A stretch of DNA of 57,189 nt from an uncultured Actinomycetes bacterium (GCA_903916385.1 CAIWWH010000031.1:1-57189); one strand, 5' to 3'; shown: positions 29,463 through 41,100, counted from the first letter of the stretch. Numbers and translations are program-made. The notes: generated by a model not told the origin, from the letters alone.

Positions 29463-30187
29463 ACAAAAAGTTAGAGCTACTTCCGGCGATCGATGTTAAA
29501 GATGGACTGGCTGTTCGATTAGTCCAAGGGGAACTTTCAGAGACCAGTAAGTATGGCCATCCTCTCGAAGTCGCGGCCGAGTTTGTTGAGGCCGGTGCTC
29601 AGTGGATTCACCTCGTTGATCTCGATGCGGCTTTTGGTCTGGGGAGCAATGCCGAACTTCTTGAGAGAGTGATTAAGAGTGTGGATTTGAAGGTCGAACT
29701 TTCGGGCGGGATTCGCGATGATGAATCCTTGCGTCGTGCCTTGGCTACGGGTTGCACACGAGTCAATCTCGGAACTGCGGCTCTTGAAAATCCCAAGTGG
29801 ACTGCAAAAGTGATCAGCGAATTCGGAGATCGCATCGCCGTTGGTCTTGATGTGCGCGGTCATACTTTAGCTGCCCGCGGTTGGACTCAAGAGGGCGGCA
29901 ATCTTTTCGAAACAATCGAACGCCTGGAACGAGATGGCTGCTCACGCTACATCGTCACCGATGTTGCAAAAGATGGCACGCTCAAAGGTCCAAATCTGGA
30001 ACTCCTTCGAGAAGTATGCGCTGTCACCAAGAAACCTGTCGTTGCAAGTGGAGGAGTTTCTAGCCTGGAAGATCTGATTGCCATTCGTGGACTGACCGAA
30101 ATTGGAGTTGAAGGGGCGATCGTTGGGAAGGCGCTTTACGCAGGAGCCTTCACCCTACCTGCGGCCCTTGAGGTCGCCGGTCGATGA
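29459..30187 (+). CDS. priA: ProFAR isomerase HisA; likely the bifunctional HisA/TrpF (PriA) of Actinobacteria
   Basis: (beta/alpha)8 HisA family ([10 protein letters not shown]...). ATG 29459 forms an ATGA overlap with the hisH stop. No trpF is present in the adjacent trp genes. Confidence 0.88.
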   Translation: MNKKLELLPAIDVKDGLAVRLVQGELSETSKYGHPLEVAAEFVEAGAQWIHLVDLDAAFGLGSNAELLERVIKSVDLKVELSGGIRDDESLRRALATGCTRVNLGTAALENPKWTAKVISEFGDRIAVGLDVRGHTLAARGWTQEGGNLFETIERLERDGCSRYIVTDVAKDGTLKGPNLELLREVCAVTKKPVVASGGVSSLEDLIAIRGLTEIGVEGAIVGKALYAGAFTLPAALEVAGR

Positions 30188-30945
30188 CTCTCGCCAAGCG
30201 CGTAATCCCTTGCTTGGACGTGGCTGCCGGGCGGGTGGTCAAGGGTGTTAATTTTATAAATCTGGTGGATGCCGGTGATCCCGTTGCCCTTGCTAAGATT
30301 TACGGTGAGGCTGGAGCAGATGAACTTACCTTTCTTGATATCTCAGCTTCGGTCGAAGAGCGCTCAACGACACTCGAAATGGTTTCTCGAACCGCGGAGC
30401 AAGTTTTCATCCCACTCACCGTCGGTGGCGGGATAAGAGAGGTCGGTGATGTCGATCGCTTGCTTCGCGCCGGTGCAGACAAGGTCTCAGTTAATACCGC
30501 CGCCATCTTGCGACCGCAATTGATCAACGAGATAGCTGATCGATTTGGAGACCAGGTCCTCGTCCTGTCAGTGGATGCTAGACGCGGGCAGACGCTCTCA
30601 GGTTATGAAGTAACCACTCACGGTGGACGCAAGGGCACGGGAATGGATGCCTTCGCATGGATTGCAGATGCGACCTCGCGAGGCGTTGGAGAAATTCTTC
30701 TGAATTCGATGGATGCTGATGGCACTCGCGCCGGGTATGACACTGAGATGATTGCTCAAGTTCGAGAGATAACTCACGTACCTTTGATAGCAAGTGGCGG
30801 AGCAGGTGCGCTGGAGGACTTCTCTGCAGCTCTCGCTGCGGGTGCCGATGCCCTCCTGGCTGCCAGCGTCTTTCATTTTCAGACATTTACTATCAGTCAA
30901 GTCAAGGAGCATCTTGCCCTCCACGGATATCCGGTACGCCTCTAG
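30184..30945 (+). CDS. hisF: Imidazole glycerol phosphate synthase, cyclase subunit
   Basis: RVIPCLDV...VVKG N-terminus and 253 aa, typical of HisF. Confidence 0.95.
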   Translation: MTLAKRVIPCLDVAAGRVVKGVNFINLVDAGDPVALAKIYGEAGADELTFLDISASVEERSTTLEMVSRTAEQVFIPLTVGGGIREVGDVDRLLRAGADKVSVNTAAILRPQLINEIADRFGDQVLVLSVDARRGQTLSGYEVTTHGGRKGTGMDAFAWIADATSRGVGEILLNSMDADGTRAGYDTEMIAQVREITHVPLIASGGAGALEDFSAALAAGADALLAASVFHFQTFTISQVKEHLALHGYPVRL

Positions 30946-30969
30946 TACCGCTTAAGGCAGAATACGGGG

Positions 30970-31314
30970 GTGAATATCCCCGCAGATGTGGCCGCTCGCT
31001 TTATCGAGGGAACCTTGGTAGCCGCGATTGCCCAGGATCCCAAAGATGGTCGAGTGCTCATGATGGCTTGGATGAATCAAGAGGCTTTAGAGAAGACCCT
31101 TGAAAGCGGTCACGTAACGTATTGGAGTCGCAGTAGAAATCAACTCTGGACCAAGGGCGAGAGCTCCGGGCATACCCAGAAGTTGATCAGCGTGAGTTAC
31201 GACTGCGATGGAGATGCCTTACTGCTGCAAGTTGAGCAAGCGGGGGCTGCTTGTCATACCGGTGAGCGCAGTTGCTTCTTCCGGGGGATTGATTTTCAGC
31301 AGGGCGATCAATGA
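30970..31314 (+). CDS. hisI: Phosphoribosyl-AMP cyclohydrolase (monofunctional HisI)
   Basis: 114 aa with HisI motifs ([36 protein letters not shown]). GTG start. Confidence 0.93.
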   Translation: MNIPADVAARFIEGTLVAAIAQDPKDGRVLMMAWMNQEALEKTLESGHVTYWSRSRNQLWTKGESSGHTQKLISVSYDCDGDALLLQVEQAGAACHTGERSCFFRGIDFQQGDQ

Positions 31315-32810
31315 CTCCGACCCAGATGACTGTCGAGGAGTTTCGGGCCTTCGCTGCAGAATTTAATGTCATCCCGGTCTCGCGCCGCTACTTGGCAGAT
31401 AGCCAGACTCCGCTCTCCCTTTACTCCCGGCTGGCAGAGAACCGTGCAGGCACCTTTCTCTTAGAGTCCGCCGAGCACGGGGGAGTCTGGTCGCGCTACT
31501 CCTTTATTGGTATCAACAGCGTCGCAACGTTGACCGAGCGAGATGGCGTAGCGGTCTGGGATGGAATTGCCCCCGCTGGCGCACCTACCGGGATTGATCC
31601 ACTGGAGGCACTTAAACTGACCTCGAACCATCTGCGCTCGCCTCATCTCGCGCATCTGCCCCCACTGACCGGAGGTCTCGTGGGCTATGCGAGTTATGAG
31701 ATCGTAAGACGCCTGGAGAAAATCCCCTCTCTTGCGGATGCAGATCTTCCACTCCCTGAAATCGCATTTATGTTGACCTCAGATCTCGCGGTATTTGATC
31801 ATTACGACGGCACCCTGACCCTCATCGCCAACGCGATCAATTGGGATGGAAGTTCTGAACGCGTTGATGACGCGTACCAAGATGCCAGCGCCCGATTAGA
31901 TGCACTCGAATTGAAATTAAAAGGAGCTCAGAGCGATGCAATCAATCTCCCACTAGTGCGGAGCAAACCCGAGTACCACCGCGACATGAGTTCGGCTGAT
32001 TATCAAGCGAAGGTTGAAATTCTCAAGGAGGAGATTCGCGCCGGCGAAGCTTTCCAAGTGGTGCTCTCGCAGCGTTTTGTGATGGATGCAGTTGCCGAGC
32101 CCTTCGACATATATCGTGCGTTACGCGCATCGAACCCCAGCCCCTACATGTACCTCTTCCGGTTTGCTGATGGTCTCTCCATCGTCGGCTCTAGTCCGGA
32201 AGCGTTGGTGAAAATCAATGGCAATGATGTGATGCTCCATCCGATCGCGGGTACCCGTCCAAGATCTGCAGATCCTGAGATTGATCAACGACATGGTGAA
32301 GAGTTGTTGGCGGATCCTAAAGAACGTGCAGAGCATTTGATGTTGGTAGATCTCGGTCGCAACGATTTAGGAAGAGTCTGTGCCCCAGGAAGCGTCGAGG
32401 TTGTTGAGTTTATGCAAGTCGAACGCTTCTCTCATGTGATGCACATTGTTTCTACTGTCACGGGCAAACTCTCGGAAGATTCCACCCCAGTCGATGCACT
32501 CTTGGCCGTATTCCCAGCTGGGACACTCTCCGGCGCTCCTAAACCGCGTGCCATGGAGATTATCGAGGAGAATGAACCGACGCGTCGCGGAATATACGCC
32601 GGCACTATTGGCTACTTAGATTTTCGCGGAAATATCGATACTTGTATCGCTATTCGTACCGCCGTTATCAAAGATGGAAAGGCTTACGTACAAGCCGGAG
32701 CCGGAATTGTTGCTGACTCAGTCCCTCTAACAGAAGATCAAGAGTGTGAAAATAAAGCTGCGGCCGTGCTCGGCGCCATCGCTACGGCCAATGGAATGCA
32801 GAGGCTCTAA
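31311..32810 (+). CDS. trpE: Anthranilate synthase component I
   Basis: 499 aa chorismate-binding enzyme ([27 protein letters not shown]). The start overlaps the hisI stop (ATGA). Confidence 0.94.
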   Translation: MTPTQMTVEEFRAFAAEFNVIPVSRRYLADSQTPLSLYSRLAENRAGTFLLESAEHGGVWSRYSFIGINSVATLTERDGVAVWDGIAPAGAPTGIDPLEALKLTSNHLRSPHLAHLPPLTGGLVGYASYEIVRRLEKIPSLADADLPLPEIAFMLTSDLAVFDHYDGTLTLIANAINWDGSSERVDDAYQDASARLDALELKLKGAQSDAINLPLVRSKPEYHRDMSSADYQAKVEILKEEIRAGEAFQVVLSQRFVMDAVAEPFDIYRALRASNPSPYMYLFRFADGLSIVGSSPEALVKINGNDVMLHPIAGTRPRSADPEIDQRHGEELLADPKERAEHLMLVDLGRNDLGRVCAPGSVEVVEFMQVERFSHVMHIVSTVTGKLSEDSTPVDALLAVFPAGTLSGAPKPRAMEIIEENEPTRRGIYAGTIGYLDFRGNIDTCIAIRTAVIKDGKAYVQAGAGIVADSVPLTEDQECENKAAAVLGAIATANGMQRL

Positions 32811-32966
32811 TTGCTTATTGTTAAGTTGATCATTGTCGCTGCGCTCTTTGTGCTATTTCTCTTTCTCTCGATTCGATTGGCAAGGCGCGGTATCTCAAAG
32901 CGCTACGAGCCACGCGCTAAGACGCCTTGGAACTCCTTGAACGAAGGGGAGGATCCGACACTGTGA
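32811..32966 (+). CDS. Small single-pass membrane protein embedded in the trp genes (hypothetical; not in the ORF track)
   Basis: Open frame starting at TTG, immediately after the trpE stop: (M)[54 protein letters not shown] lies 6 nt upstream. Its TGA overlaps the GTG of trpC (GTGA). Confidence 0.5.
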   Translation: MLIVKLIIVAALFVLFLFLSIRLARRGISKRYEPRAKTPWNSLNEGEDPTL

Positions 32967-33736
32967 GTACCGTTCTCGATTCGATCGTTGCAGGTGTGCT
33001 TGAGGATGTGAAGAGCCGTGAAATTCCACTTGCGGAGCTTCGGGCACAGTTAGATTTAGCACCACAGGTGCGAGACGCATATGGCGCACTAGCGGCTCCA
33101 GGCATGCAGATTATTGCTGAAGTAAAGCGTTCTTCTCCGAGCAAGGGCGTTCTTGCCCCCATTGGAGATCCGGCTGCTCTAGCCCACTCTTATGAGTTGG
33201 CAGGAGCTGCTGTTATTAGTGTTCTGACAGAGGGTCGGCGCTTTTTAGGCACCCCGGGTGATCTGATAGCAGTCCGCTCACGAGTAGCGATCCCAGTCCT
33301 TCGCAAAGATTTCATCGTTACCGAATACCAAGTAATCGAAAGTCGCGTCCTCGGTGCAGATCTGATGCTACTCATAGTCGCAGCTCTTACCGATAACCAA
33401 CTACGGGACTATCAAGCGCTAGCGCATGAACTTGGCATGAGCGTTCTGGTTGAAGTCCATGATGTCGAAGAACTACAACGTGCTCTCGAAATGAAAGCTC
33501 GCATCATCGGTGTGAATTCGCGAAACTTGAAGACCTTAGAGATTAATGAAGCAGCATTCTCTGAACTTCTTCCACTTATTCCAAGCGATCTTGTGAAGGT
33601 AGCCGAGTCCGGGATTGCCACTCGCGAACAAGTCATTGCGGCGGAGTTGTTGGGAGCAAAGGCGATTCTTGTGGGAGAGTCCCTCGTCCGCGCGGGTGAT
33701 CGAGCACTCGCGATTAAGAACCTCCTCGGAAGATAG
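32963..33736 (+). CDS. trpC: Indole-3-glycerol phosphate synthase
   Basis: [13 protein letters not shown] and PVLRKDFI motifs. GTG 32963 has SD GGGGAGGA about 9 nt upstream and gives the usual N-terminus VSTVLDSI.... The track's ATG 32927 is less likely. Confidence 0.92.
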   Translation: MSTVLDSIVAGVLEDVKSREIPLAELRAQLDLAPQVRDAYGALAAPGMQIIAEVKRSSPSKGVLAPIGDPAALAHSYELAGAAVISVLTEGRRFLGTPGDLIAVRSRVAIPVLRKDFIVTEYQVIESRVLGADLMLLIVAALTDNQLRDYQALAHELGMSVLVEVHDVEELQRALEMKARIIGVNSRNLKTLEINEAAFSELLPLIPSDLVKVAESGIATREQVIAAELLGAKAILVGESLVRAGDRALAIKNLLGR

Positions 33737-33756
33737 TTGGCTGGTACGGTTCAGCA

Positions 33757-34956
33757 ATGAGTACAACGTTGGATTCACAGATACTTGGGCACTTCGGTCC
33801 TTATGGAGGGCGCTTTGTTCCAGAGGCTCTGATCGGGGCTCTTGACGAGTTGGCCCTCGCACACGAAGTTGCCCTCGCTGATCCGATCTTTCAAGCTGAA
33901 CTCGCTGAGCTCCACAAGACGTATACAGGACGCCCGAGCATCATCACCGAAGTGAAGAGATTTGCCGACCATGCTGGGGGAGCCCGCATTTTCCTCAAGC
34001 GCGAAGATCTCAATCACACAGGTAGCCACAAGATAAACAACGTTCTGGGTCAAGCACTTCTGACCAAGCGCATGGGTAAGAAGCGGATCATCGCCGAAAC
34101 CGGCGCTGGGCAGCATGGCGTTGCTTCGGCCACCGCAGCCGCCCTCATGGGACTCGAATGTGTCGTATACATGGGCGAAGAGGACACCAAGCGACAATCT
34201 CTCAATGTTGCGCGTATGAAATTGCTCGGTGCAGAAGTTATTCCGGTAACTCAAGGGAGTCGCACGCTCAAGGACGCTATCAACGAGGCGATGCGCGACT
34301 GGGTCACCAATGTTGACACCACACATTATTTACTAGGAACCGTTGCTGGTCCCCATCCCTTTCCTACGATGGTGCGTGATTTCCATCGGATCATTGGCGT
34401 AGAGGCTCGTGGGCAGATGCTAGAACTTTTGGGTCGTTTGCCTGATGTGATCCTCGCATGTGTGGGAGGAGGCTCAAATGCAATCGGAATCTTCCACCCA
34501 TTTATCGACGATAAAGAGGTTCGCCTGGTTGGCTTAGAAGCTGGTGGTTCTGGAGTCGAAACCGGGTTGCATGCAGCGACGATTAGCGGCGGATCGCCTG
34601 GAGTGCTGCACGGCACTCGCTCCTACGTTCTGCAAGATGCAAATGGTCAGACGATCGAATCTCATTCCATCTCGGCAGGGTTGGACTATCCGGGAGTTGG
34701 ACCAGAGCACGCTTATCTACACGATATTGGTCGCGCGGAGTACCGCCCCATCACTGATGCTCAGGCGATGGAGGCATTTGGTTTAATGTCTCGCACCGAA
34801 GGAATCATCCCCGCAATCGAAACTGCTCACGCCCTTGCTGGTGCCATGCAGATCGGCCGCGAACTCGGTCCTGAGGCAGTGCTGTTAGTAAATTTCTCTG
34901 GACGCGGCGACAAAGATGTGCAGACGGCAGCGCAGTACTTCGGAATTCCCCTATAA
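33757..34956 (+). CDS. trpB: Tryptophan synthase beta chain
   Basis: 399 aa with the PLP-lysine motif [11 protein letters not shown] and GGGSNAIG. Confidence 0.96.
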   Translation: MSTTLDSQILGHFGPYGGRFVPEALIGALDELALAHEVALADPIFQAELAELHKTYTGRPSIITEVKRFADHAGGARIFLKREDLNHTGSHKINNVLGQALLTKRMGKKRIIAETGAGQHGVASATAAALMGLECVVYMGEEDTKRQSLNVARMKLLGAEVIPVTQGSRTLKDAINEAMRDWVTNVDTTHYLLGTVAGPHPFPTMVRDFHRIIGVEARGQMLELLGRLPDVILACVGGGSNAIGIFHPFIDDKEVRLVGLEAGGSGVETGLHAATISGGSPGVLHGTRSYVLQDANGQTIESHSISAGLDYPGVGPEHAYLHDIGRAEYRPITDAQAMEAFGLMSRTEGIIPAIETAHALAGAMQIGRELGPEAVLLVNFSGRGDKDVQTAAQYFGIPL

Positions 34957-35754
34957 ATGAGTACTCCTCTCGAACTGCTCTTTGCAAAGACTCGATCTGA
35001 AAATCGCGCTGCGCTCATCGGGTATCTTCCTGCGGGCTTTCCAACCCAACAGGGGTGTATTGCTGCCTTGACTGCCATGGTTGAAGGAGGCGTTGACGCC
35101 ATAGAGATTGGGTATCCGTACAGCGATCCTGTGATGGATGGACCAGTCATTCAAGCTGCCGCTGAAACTTCGCTGAAGAACGGAACCGGAGCCCATGAGG
35201 TGATGGAGACCCTTTCAGCGATCTCCAAGATCGCTCCCAGCGTCGTGATGACCTACTGGAATCCCATCGAAAGATACGGCGTCGACCGATTCCTTGCAGA
35301 TTTGAAGAGCAACGGTGGATCTGGAGTAATCACGCCCGATCTCACGGTCGAAGAGTCCGCCACCTGGTTGACCTCCTCTTTGGTGCATGAGACCAATCGG
35401 ATTTATGTGGTTGCTCCAAGTACCTCTGCGGAACGTCTTCGCCTTGTGACGAGCGCGACCTCCGGATTCGTATATGCCGCCTCACTCATGGGCGTCACTG
35501 GTACTCGGACCTCTATTTCGAGCAGTGCGCAGGAGTTGGTTGGACGTCTTCGCGAGGTGACGGAGCTCCCCATCGCGGTCGGATTGGGAGTTTCTACACC
35601 AGATCAGGCCCGCGAGGTGGCTCAGTACGCGGACGGCGTCATAGTTGGTTCAGCCTTTATACGCTTGTTGCAGGAGAGCGCCACGCTATCTGAGGGAGTT
35701 GAGAAAGTCCGAGCACTTGCTCAGCAACTTTCTAGCGGTCTGCAACGCTCATAA
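34957..35754 (+). CDS. trpA: Tryptophan synthase alpha chain
   Basis: 265 aa with a TrpA family N-terminus (LIGYLPAGFP...EIGYPYSDPVMDGPVIQ). Starts directly after the trpB stop. Confidence 0.95.
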   Translation: MSTPLELLFAKTRSENRAALIGYLPAGFPTQQGCIAALTAMVEGGVDAIEIGYPYSDPVMDGPVIQAAAETSLKNGTGAHEVMETLSAISKIAPSVVMTYWNPIERYGVDRFLADLKSNGGSGVITPDLTVEESATWLTSSLVHETNRIYVVAPSTSAERLRLVTSATSGFVYAASLMGVTGTRTSISSSAQELVGRLREVTELPIAVGLGVSTPDQAREVAQYADGVIVGSAFIRLLQESATLSEGVEKVRALAQQLSSGLQRS

Positions 35755-35820
35755 CCCTCGCACGTGCAATAGAGTTCTGTTAAACACTTGCAATAAATAT
35801 CTAGAACTTAGGGGAGAAGA

Positions 35821-36531
35821 ATGGCCGATAAGAAGCCCGCCAAGCACCAGCCGCCAAAGAAAGAGGGCGATAAGTTCACGCGCTACCTCGTCTTTGGAAT
35901 GATCGCATTCGTTTTAATCGCTGGCTTTGGCGCTTATTTCGCCAAGAAGAGCTCGAATTCCCACGTTGCGCTTCCTTCCACGGTATCCAAGGCGAACGGC
36001 TACGGAATCACCTTCAATCCAACCGCTAAGGTGCGTGTGGATATGTATGAAGATTTCCGCTGCCCTAACTGTCGTAACTTTGAGGCTGTCAATAACACCT
36101 ATGTCGATGGTCTGGTTCGTGCGGGCAAGATCGAAGCGGTTTACCACCCAATGCACTTCATCGCCTCGGATTCTCGCCTAGCAGCGGCAGCTGCCGCTTG
36201 CGCCGCAGATCAAGGAAAGTACCTCGAAATGCATACAGCGCTCTACGTCAACCAGCCATCTTCATCGACGATCGCCGAGAATTCACCGTATTGGACTAAT
36301 GCACAATTGATTCTGCTTGGTAATTCAATAGGTATTACCTCGAAGGATTACGCAACCTGCATTAACAATGGCAAGTATTTGAATTGGGCGGATCAGATTA
36401 ACAATGATGCTGCTTCGAAGAATATCAATGCGACCCCAACTGTGATTGTTAATGGCAAGACCCTTCCCCTTGCGACTGATTACAGCGCAACCGCCTTCAA
36501 GAAGGTTCTTACAAACCTCGGCGTAAAGTAG
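35821..36531 (+). CDS. Membrane-anchored DsbA-like thioredoxin-fold oxidoreductase
   Basis: N-terminal TM helix and a CPNC active-site motif (DFRCPNCRNFE). SD GGGGAG upstream. Confidence 0.82.
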   Translation: MADKKPAKHQPPKKEGDKFTRYLVFGMIAFVLIAGFGAYFAKKSSNSHVALPSTVSKANGYGITFNPTAKVRVDMYEDFRCPNCRNFEAVNNTYVDGLVRAGKIEAVYHPMHFIASDSRLAAAAAACAADQGKYLEMHTALYVNQPSSSTIAENSPYWTNAQLILLGNSIGITSKDYATCINNGKYLNWADQINNDAASKNINATPTVIVNGKTLPLATDYSATAFKKVLTNLGVK

Positions 36532-36539
36532 AAGCGCGC

Positions 36540-37376
36540 TTGTTTGATCGCTTTCTCCCAACTCCTTCGAGCAATTCGATTGAGTTGGGGGCGATCACTC
36601 TGCACTATTACGCGCTCTGCATACTTCTTGGAATCATCGTCGCTCTGGCAATCGGCTCAGTACGCTGGCGAAAGAGTGGCGGTGTTACGAGCGAACTTTA
36701 TGATCTTGCAATCTATGTAATACCTGCAGGGATTATTGGTGGTCGTCTCTATCACGTGATTACAACCCCCGAGCTATATTTTGGTGCAACGGGCCATCTC
36801 TCAGATGCCTTTAAAATTTGGGAAGGTGGGATGGGAATCTGGGGCGCGGTTGCGCTTGGAACTCTCGCCGCCTACATCTACTTTCGCAGAGGTAACAGAA
36901 CTATCACCTTCGTGCAAGCCCTGGATGCACTTGCTCCCGGCGTTCTGCTTGCGCAAGCGATTGGGCGATGGGGGAATTGGTTCAACCACGAACTCTTCGG
37001 CTCTCCCTCCACTCTCCCATGGGCACTTAAAGTTCCCTTGATTGACCGACCATCTGGATATGAATCTTTCACCACGTTCCACCCCACTTTTCTATATGAA
37101 TCGATCTGGTGCCTGCTCTGCGCACTCGTGCTCCTCTATCTACCTCAAGTGAGGCGATTGGTCCCAGGAAATACCTTTCTGCTCTACATCTCCCTGTACT
37201 GCCTAGGTCGAATCTGGATTGAAGCGCTTCGCATTGATCGAGCACATGTGATCTTGGGGATGCGTCTCAATGTTTGGGTTGCCGCGCTCTGCGGGTTAAT
37301 TTCCCTGCTATTCATAATCAAGCGGCAGAAGTTCGCAGGGAGTGATCATGCAGCATTGGGTACAATCCGCGCATGA
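36540..37376 (+). CDS. lgt: Prolipoprotein diacylglyceryl transferase
   Basis: 278-aa polytopic protein with Lgt motifs (GRLYHV, GGMGIWG, GRWGNWFNHELFG). Follows trpA as in M. tuberculosis (Rv1613-Rv1614). TTG start. Confidence 0.92.
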   Translation: MFDRFLPTPSSNSIELGAITLHYYALCILLGIIVALAIGSVRWRKSGGVTSELYDLAIYVIPAGIIGGRLYHVITTPELYFGATGHLSDAFKIWEGGMGIWGAVALGTLAAYIYFRRGNRTITFVQALDALAPGVLLAQAIGRWGNWFNHELFGSPSTLPWALKVPLIDRPSGYESFTTFHPTFLYESIWCLLCALVLLYLPQVRRLVPGNTFLLYISLYCLGRIWIEALRIDRAHVILGMRLNVWVAALCGLISLLFIIKRQKFAGSDHAALGTIRA

Positions 37377-38071
37377 GTATCGAAGCGGTTTATCAGAGAA
37401 ATGAGCACCATCGTGGAAGCAAGTCAGGATGGTTGCGCGCCGCAGTCCTCGGAGCAAATGATGGATTGGTCTCCAACGCCTCGCTCTTGATAGGCATTGC
37501 GGCCGCGGGCCGTGTCAGTTTTCTCCCAGTAGCGGGACTTGCAGGGATCGCCGCTGGTTCGATGTCGATGGCGGTGGGCGAGTACATCTCCGTGCAATCC
37601 CAAGCAGATATAGAGGCATCAGATCGCCAGATGGAGATTGACCACCTCGCGATCGATCCGATAGGCGAGTTGGAGGAGTTAACCCAGATCTACCAGGAGC
37701 GTGGACTCTCGCGTGAATTGGCCGAGCAGGTTGCCAACACCCTGACGGAGAAAGACGCGCTCTCGGCCCACCTACGCGATGAGTTGGGGCATAGCGAAAC
37801 CAATAAAGCTCAACCCGCTCTGGCAGCCGTTGCTTCGGCTATCAGTTTCGCGCTCGGAGCTACCGTCCCTCTCATTGGGGCTCTCATCGGAGGCACCTCT
37901 ACGAAGGTAACTCTGATCGTCCTATTTGCCATGCTTGGCCTCTTCTCGACCGGGGCCATCTCTTCTCGCTTGGCGGGATCTCCCTTTATTAAGACCGTCC
38001 TGCGAGTACTCATTGGTGGCGGTATCGGCATGGCGATCACCGCTGGAATTGGCGCTCTCGTCCACATTTAA
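37373..38071 (+). CDS. VIT1/CCC1-family (iron/manganese) transporter
   Basis: 232 aa with family signature LRAAVLGANDGLVSNASL and C-terminal TM helices. ATGA overlap with lgt. Confidence 0.85.
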   Translation: MSIEAVYQRNEHHRGSKSGWLRAAVLGANDGLVSNASLLIGIAAAGRVSFLPVAGLAGIAAGSMSMAVGEYISVQSQADIEASDRQMEIDHLAIDPIGELEELTQIYQERGLSRELAEQVANTLTEKDALSAHLRDELGHSETNKAQPALAAVASAISFALGATVPLIGALIGGTSTKVTLIVLFAMLGLFSTGAISSRLAGSPFIKTVLRVLIGGGIGMAITAGIGALVHI

Positions 38072-38179
38072 AGTGGCGCGGGTCCTGCCCGCAAGTTGAT
38101 AGTCTTTCCCATTGCTCGGGCTTGCCGCGGGCGCAATTCGTTGGGCCATCGTCGTCCCGACCGTTCTCTAGGAGCGTTC

Positions 38180-41100
38180 GTGACACTTTTTTCCTCTCTG
38201 CCATCTGCCCAGGGCCTCTACAACCCGGCCGATGAACACGATGCATGTGGTGTTGCGATGGTTGCTACCCTTAAAAAAGAGCCAACTCACGAGATCGTCT
38301 CCCAAGCTCTAACCGCCTTGCGCAATATGGAGCACCGTGGTGCCTCGGGAGCTGAACCAGATAGTGGCGATGGCGCCGGAATCTTGATCCGCATCCCGGA
38401 TGAGTTCTACCGCAGCGTCGTCGAATTCGATCTCCCTCCAGTGGGTTCCTATGCGACGGGTATTGCATTTATAGATAAGGAATTTGATGATCTTCCCGGG
38501 ATTGTGAAGATCGCTGATGAAGAGAACCTCACGATTCTCGGTTGGCGCGAACTTCCAACCGATGATTCATCTTTGGGCACAACAGCTCTCTCTGTTATGC
38601 CGCGCTTTGTTCAACTCTTTATCGCTGGCCAGGGCGGCGAGAGCGATCTCGAGCTCGATCGTCTGGCGTTCTGCTTCCGCAAGCGGGTAGAACATGGTCT
38701 GCCAATTTATTTTCCTTCGCTCTCCGCGCGAACCATCGTGTATAAAGGGATGCTCACGACTGGGCAATTAGAGGATTTCTTCCCCGATCTCTCCAACGAA
38801 CTCGTCAAATCTCCGTTAGCTCTTGTGCACTCACGTTTCTCGACAAATACCTTTCCTTCTTGGCCGCTGGCTCACCCTTACCGCTACATCGCACACAATG
38901 GTGAGATCAATACCGTCCGGGGAAATCGCAACTGGATGCGCGCCCGTGAAGCGCTGCTTTCAAGCCCGCTCATTCCTGGTGACATCTCTCGTCTCTTCCC
39001 GATCGTAGACACTCATGGCAGTGACTCTGCATCCTTTGATGAAGTTCTAGAACTCTTGTACCTCACGGGGCGATCATTGCCGCACTCCATCTTGATGATG
39101 ATTCCCGAAGCGTGGGAGAACAGCACGACCATGTCGCAGGAGCAACGCGACTTCTATGCCTTCCATGCATCTCTGATGGAGCCATGGGATGGTCCGGCCT
39201 GCGTGACCTTTACTGATGGTTCTCAGGTAGGCGCGGTGCTCGATCGCAATGGACTACGCCCTTCGCGTTTTTGGGTAACCGACGGTGGCTTGGTAATTCT
39301 CGCCTCCGAAGTTGGGGTTCTCGATATAGATCCAACGAAAGTTGTCCGTAAAGGTCGCTTGCAACCTGGACGGATGTTCCTTGTTGATATCGCCGAAGGG
39401 CGCATCATCGAAGATAGCGAGATAAAGAGCGCGCTCGCTAGCGCAGAACCTTATGGGGAGTGGTTGGCCGAAGGAATCGTTCGCCTTGCTGACCTTCCTT
39501 CTCGTGAACACATTATTTATCCGCACTCTTCTGTCATTCGTCGCCAGCGCGCCTTTGGATATACCGAAGAGGAGTTGCGAGTCATAATCGCACCAATGGC
39601 TAAGAATGGTGCCGAACCTCTTGGGTCCATGGGTACCGATACCCCTATCGCCGCTCTCTCCGAGAAGCCACGTTTACTCTTTGATTACTTCGCACAGCTA
39701 TTCGCTCAAGTAACGAACCCACCGCTCGATGCGATTCGCGAAGAGATGGTTACGAGTCTGGGACAGACAATCGGTGCGGAGTCCAACCTGCTTAGTCCAT
39801 CAGCCGACTCTTGCCGCCAGATCTCCCTTGATTTCCCTGTGATCGACAATGATGAACTCGCCAAGATCATTCACGTAAATGCCGACGGCGAGCATCCAGA
39901 TTTTGATGCCCACGTAGTTCGCGGACTCTTCCCAGCGCTCGGCGGGGGAGATGCGCTTCGTGATCGAATCGAAGAGATCCGCGCCGAAGTTTCTGAGGCA
40001 ATTAAAAACGGTGCGCGCATCGTCGTTCTCTCTGATCGTGACGGAGATAGCGAAGAGGCTCCGATTCCCTCACTTCTTCTCACTGCTGCAGTGCATCACC
40101 ACTTGATTCGCGAAAAAACACGTACTCGTGTCAGCCTCGTTATTGAGAGCGGCGAAGTTCGCGAGGTCCACCATGTTGCTCTTCTTGTTGGCTTTGGTGC
40201 CTCCGCAGTCAACCCATACCTCGCTATGGAGAGCGCTGAAGATCTCGTGCGACAAGGCGTCATCACTGGAATCACCCCGGAGAAGGCTGTCGCCAATCTG
40301 ATCAAGTCCCTTGGTAAGGGCGTCTTGAAGGTCATGTCAAAGATGGGAATCTCAACCATCGCCTCCTATCACGGAGCACAAGTCTTTGAAGCTATTGGAC
40401 TCTCATCCGAGGTAGTCGATGAGTACTTCACTGGGTTAACTTCACGTCTCGGCGGAGTCTCACTCGATATTTTGGCGCAAGAGACCATAAAGCGTCATCA
40501 CATCGCATACCCACCAATGGGCGAAATTCCAGGAACCAAGAAGTTGCCTATCGGCGGCGAGTACCAGTGGCGTCGCGAAGGGGAGCCGCATCTCTTCAAT
40601 CCTGAAACTGTATTTAAGTTGCAGCATGCCACTCGCGCCAAGCGCTACGACATCTTCAAGCAGTACACCACCCTTGTAGATAATCAAGCAAAGAACCTGA
40701 TGACACTGCGCGGGCTCTTCACCTTTAAAGAGGGTGCACGTAAACCGGTTCCGCTGGATGAAGTGGAATCCGCCAGCTCCATCATTAGCCGATTCGCAAC
40801 GGGCGCAATGTCCTATGGATCTATTTCACAAGAGGCACACGAGACTCTTGCCATTGCGATGAATCGCATCGGAGGAAAATCAAATACAGGTGAGGGTGGT
40901 GAAGATCCTGCTCGCAACATCGTCGATGCAAATGGGGACTCACGCCGCTCTGCAATCAAGCAAGTTGCCTCCGGTCGATTCGGCGTTACAAGCGAGTACC
41001 TCGTCAACTCCGATGATATTCAGATCAAGATGGCACAGGGCGCAAAGCCGGGCGAAGGCGGACAACTTCCTGGCAACAAGGTCTATCCCTGGATCGCTCA

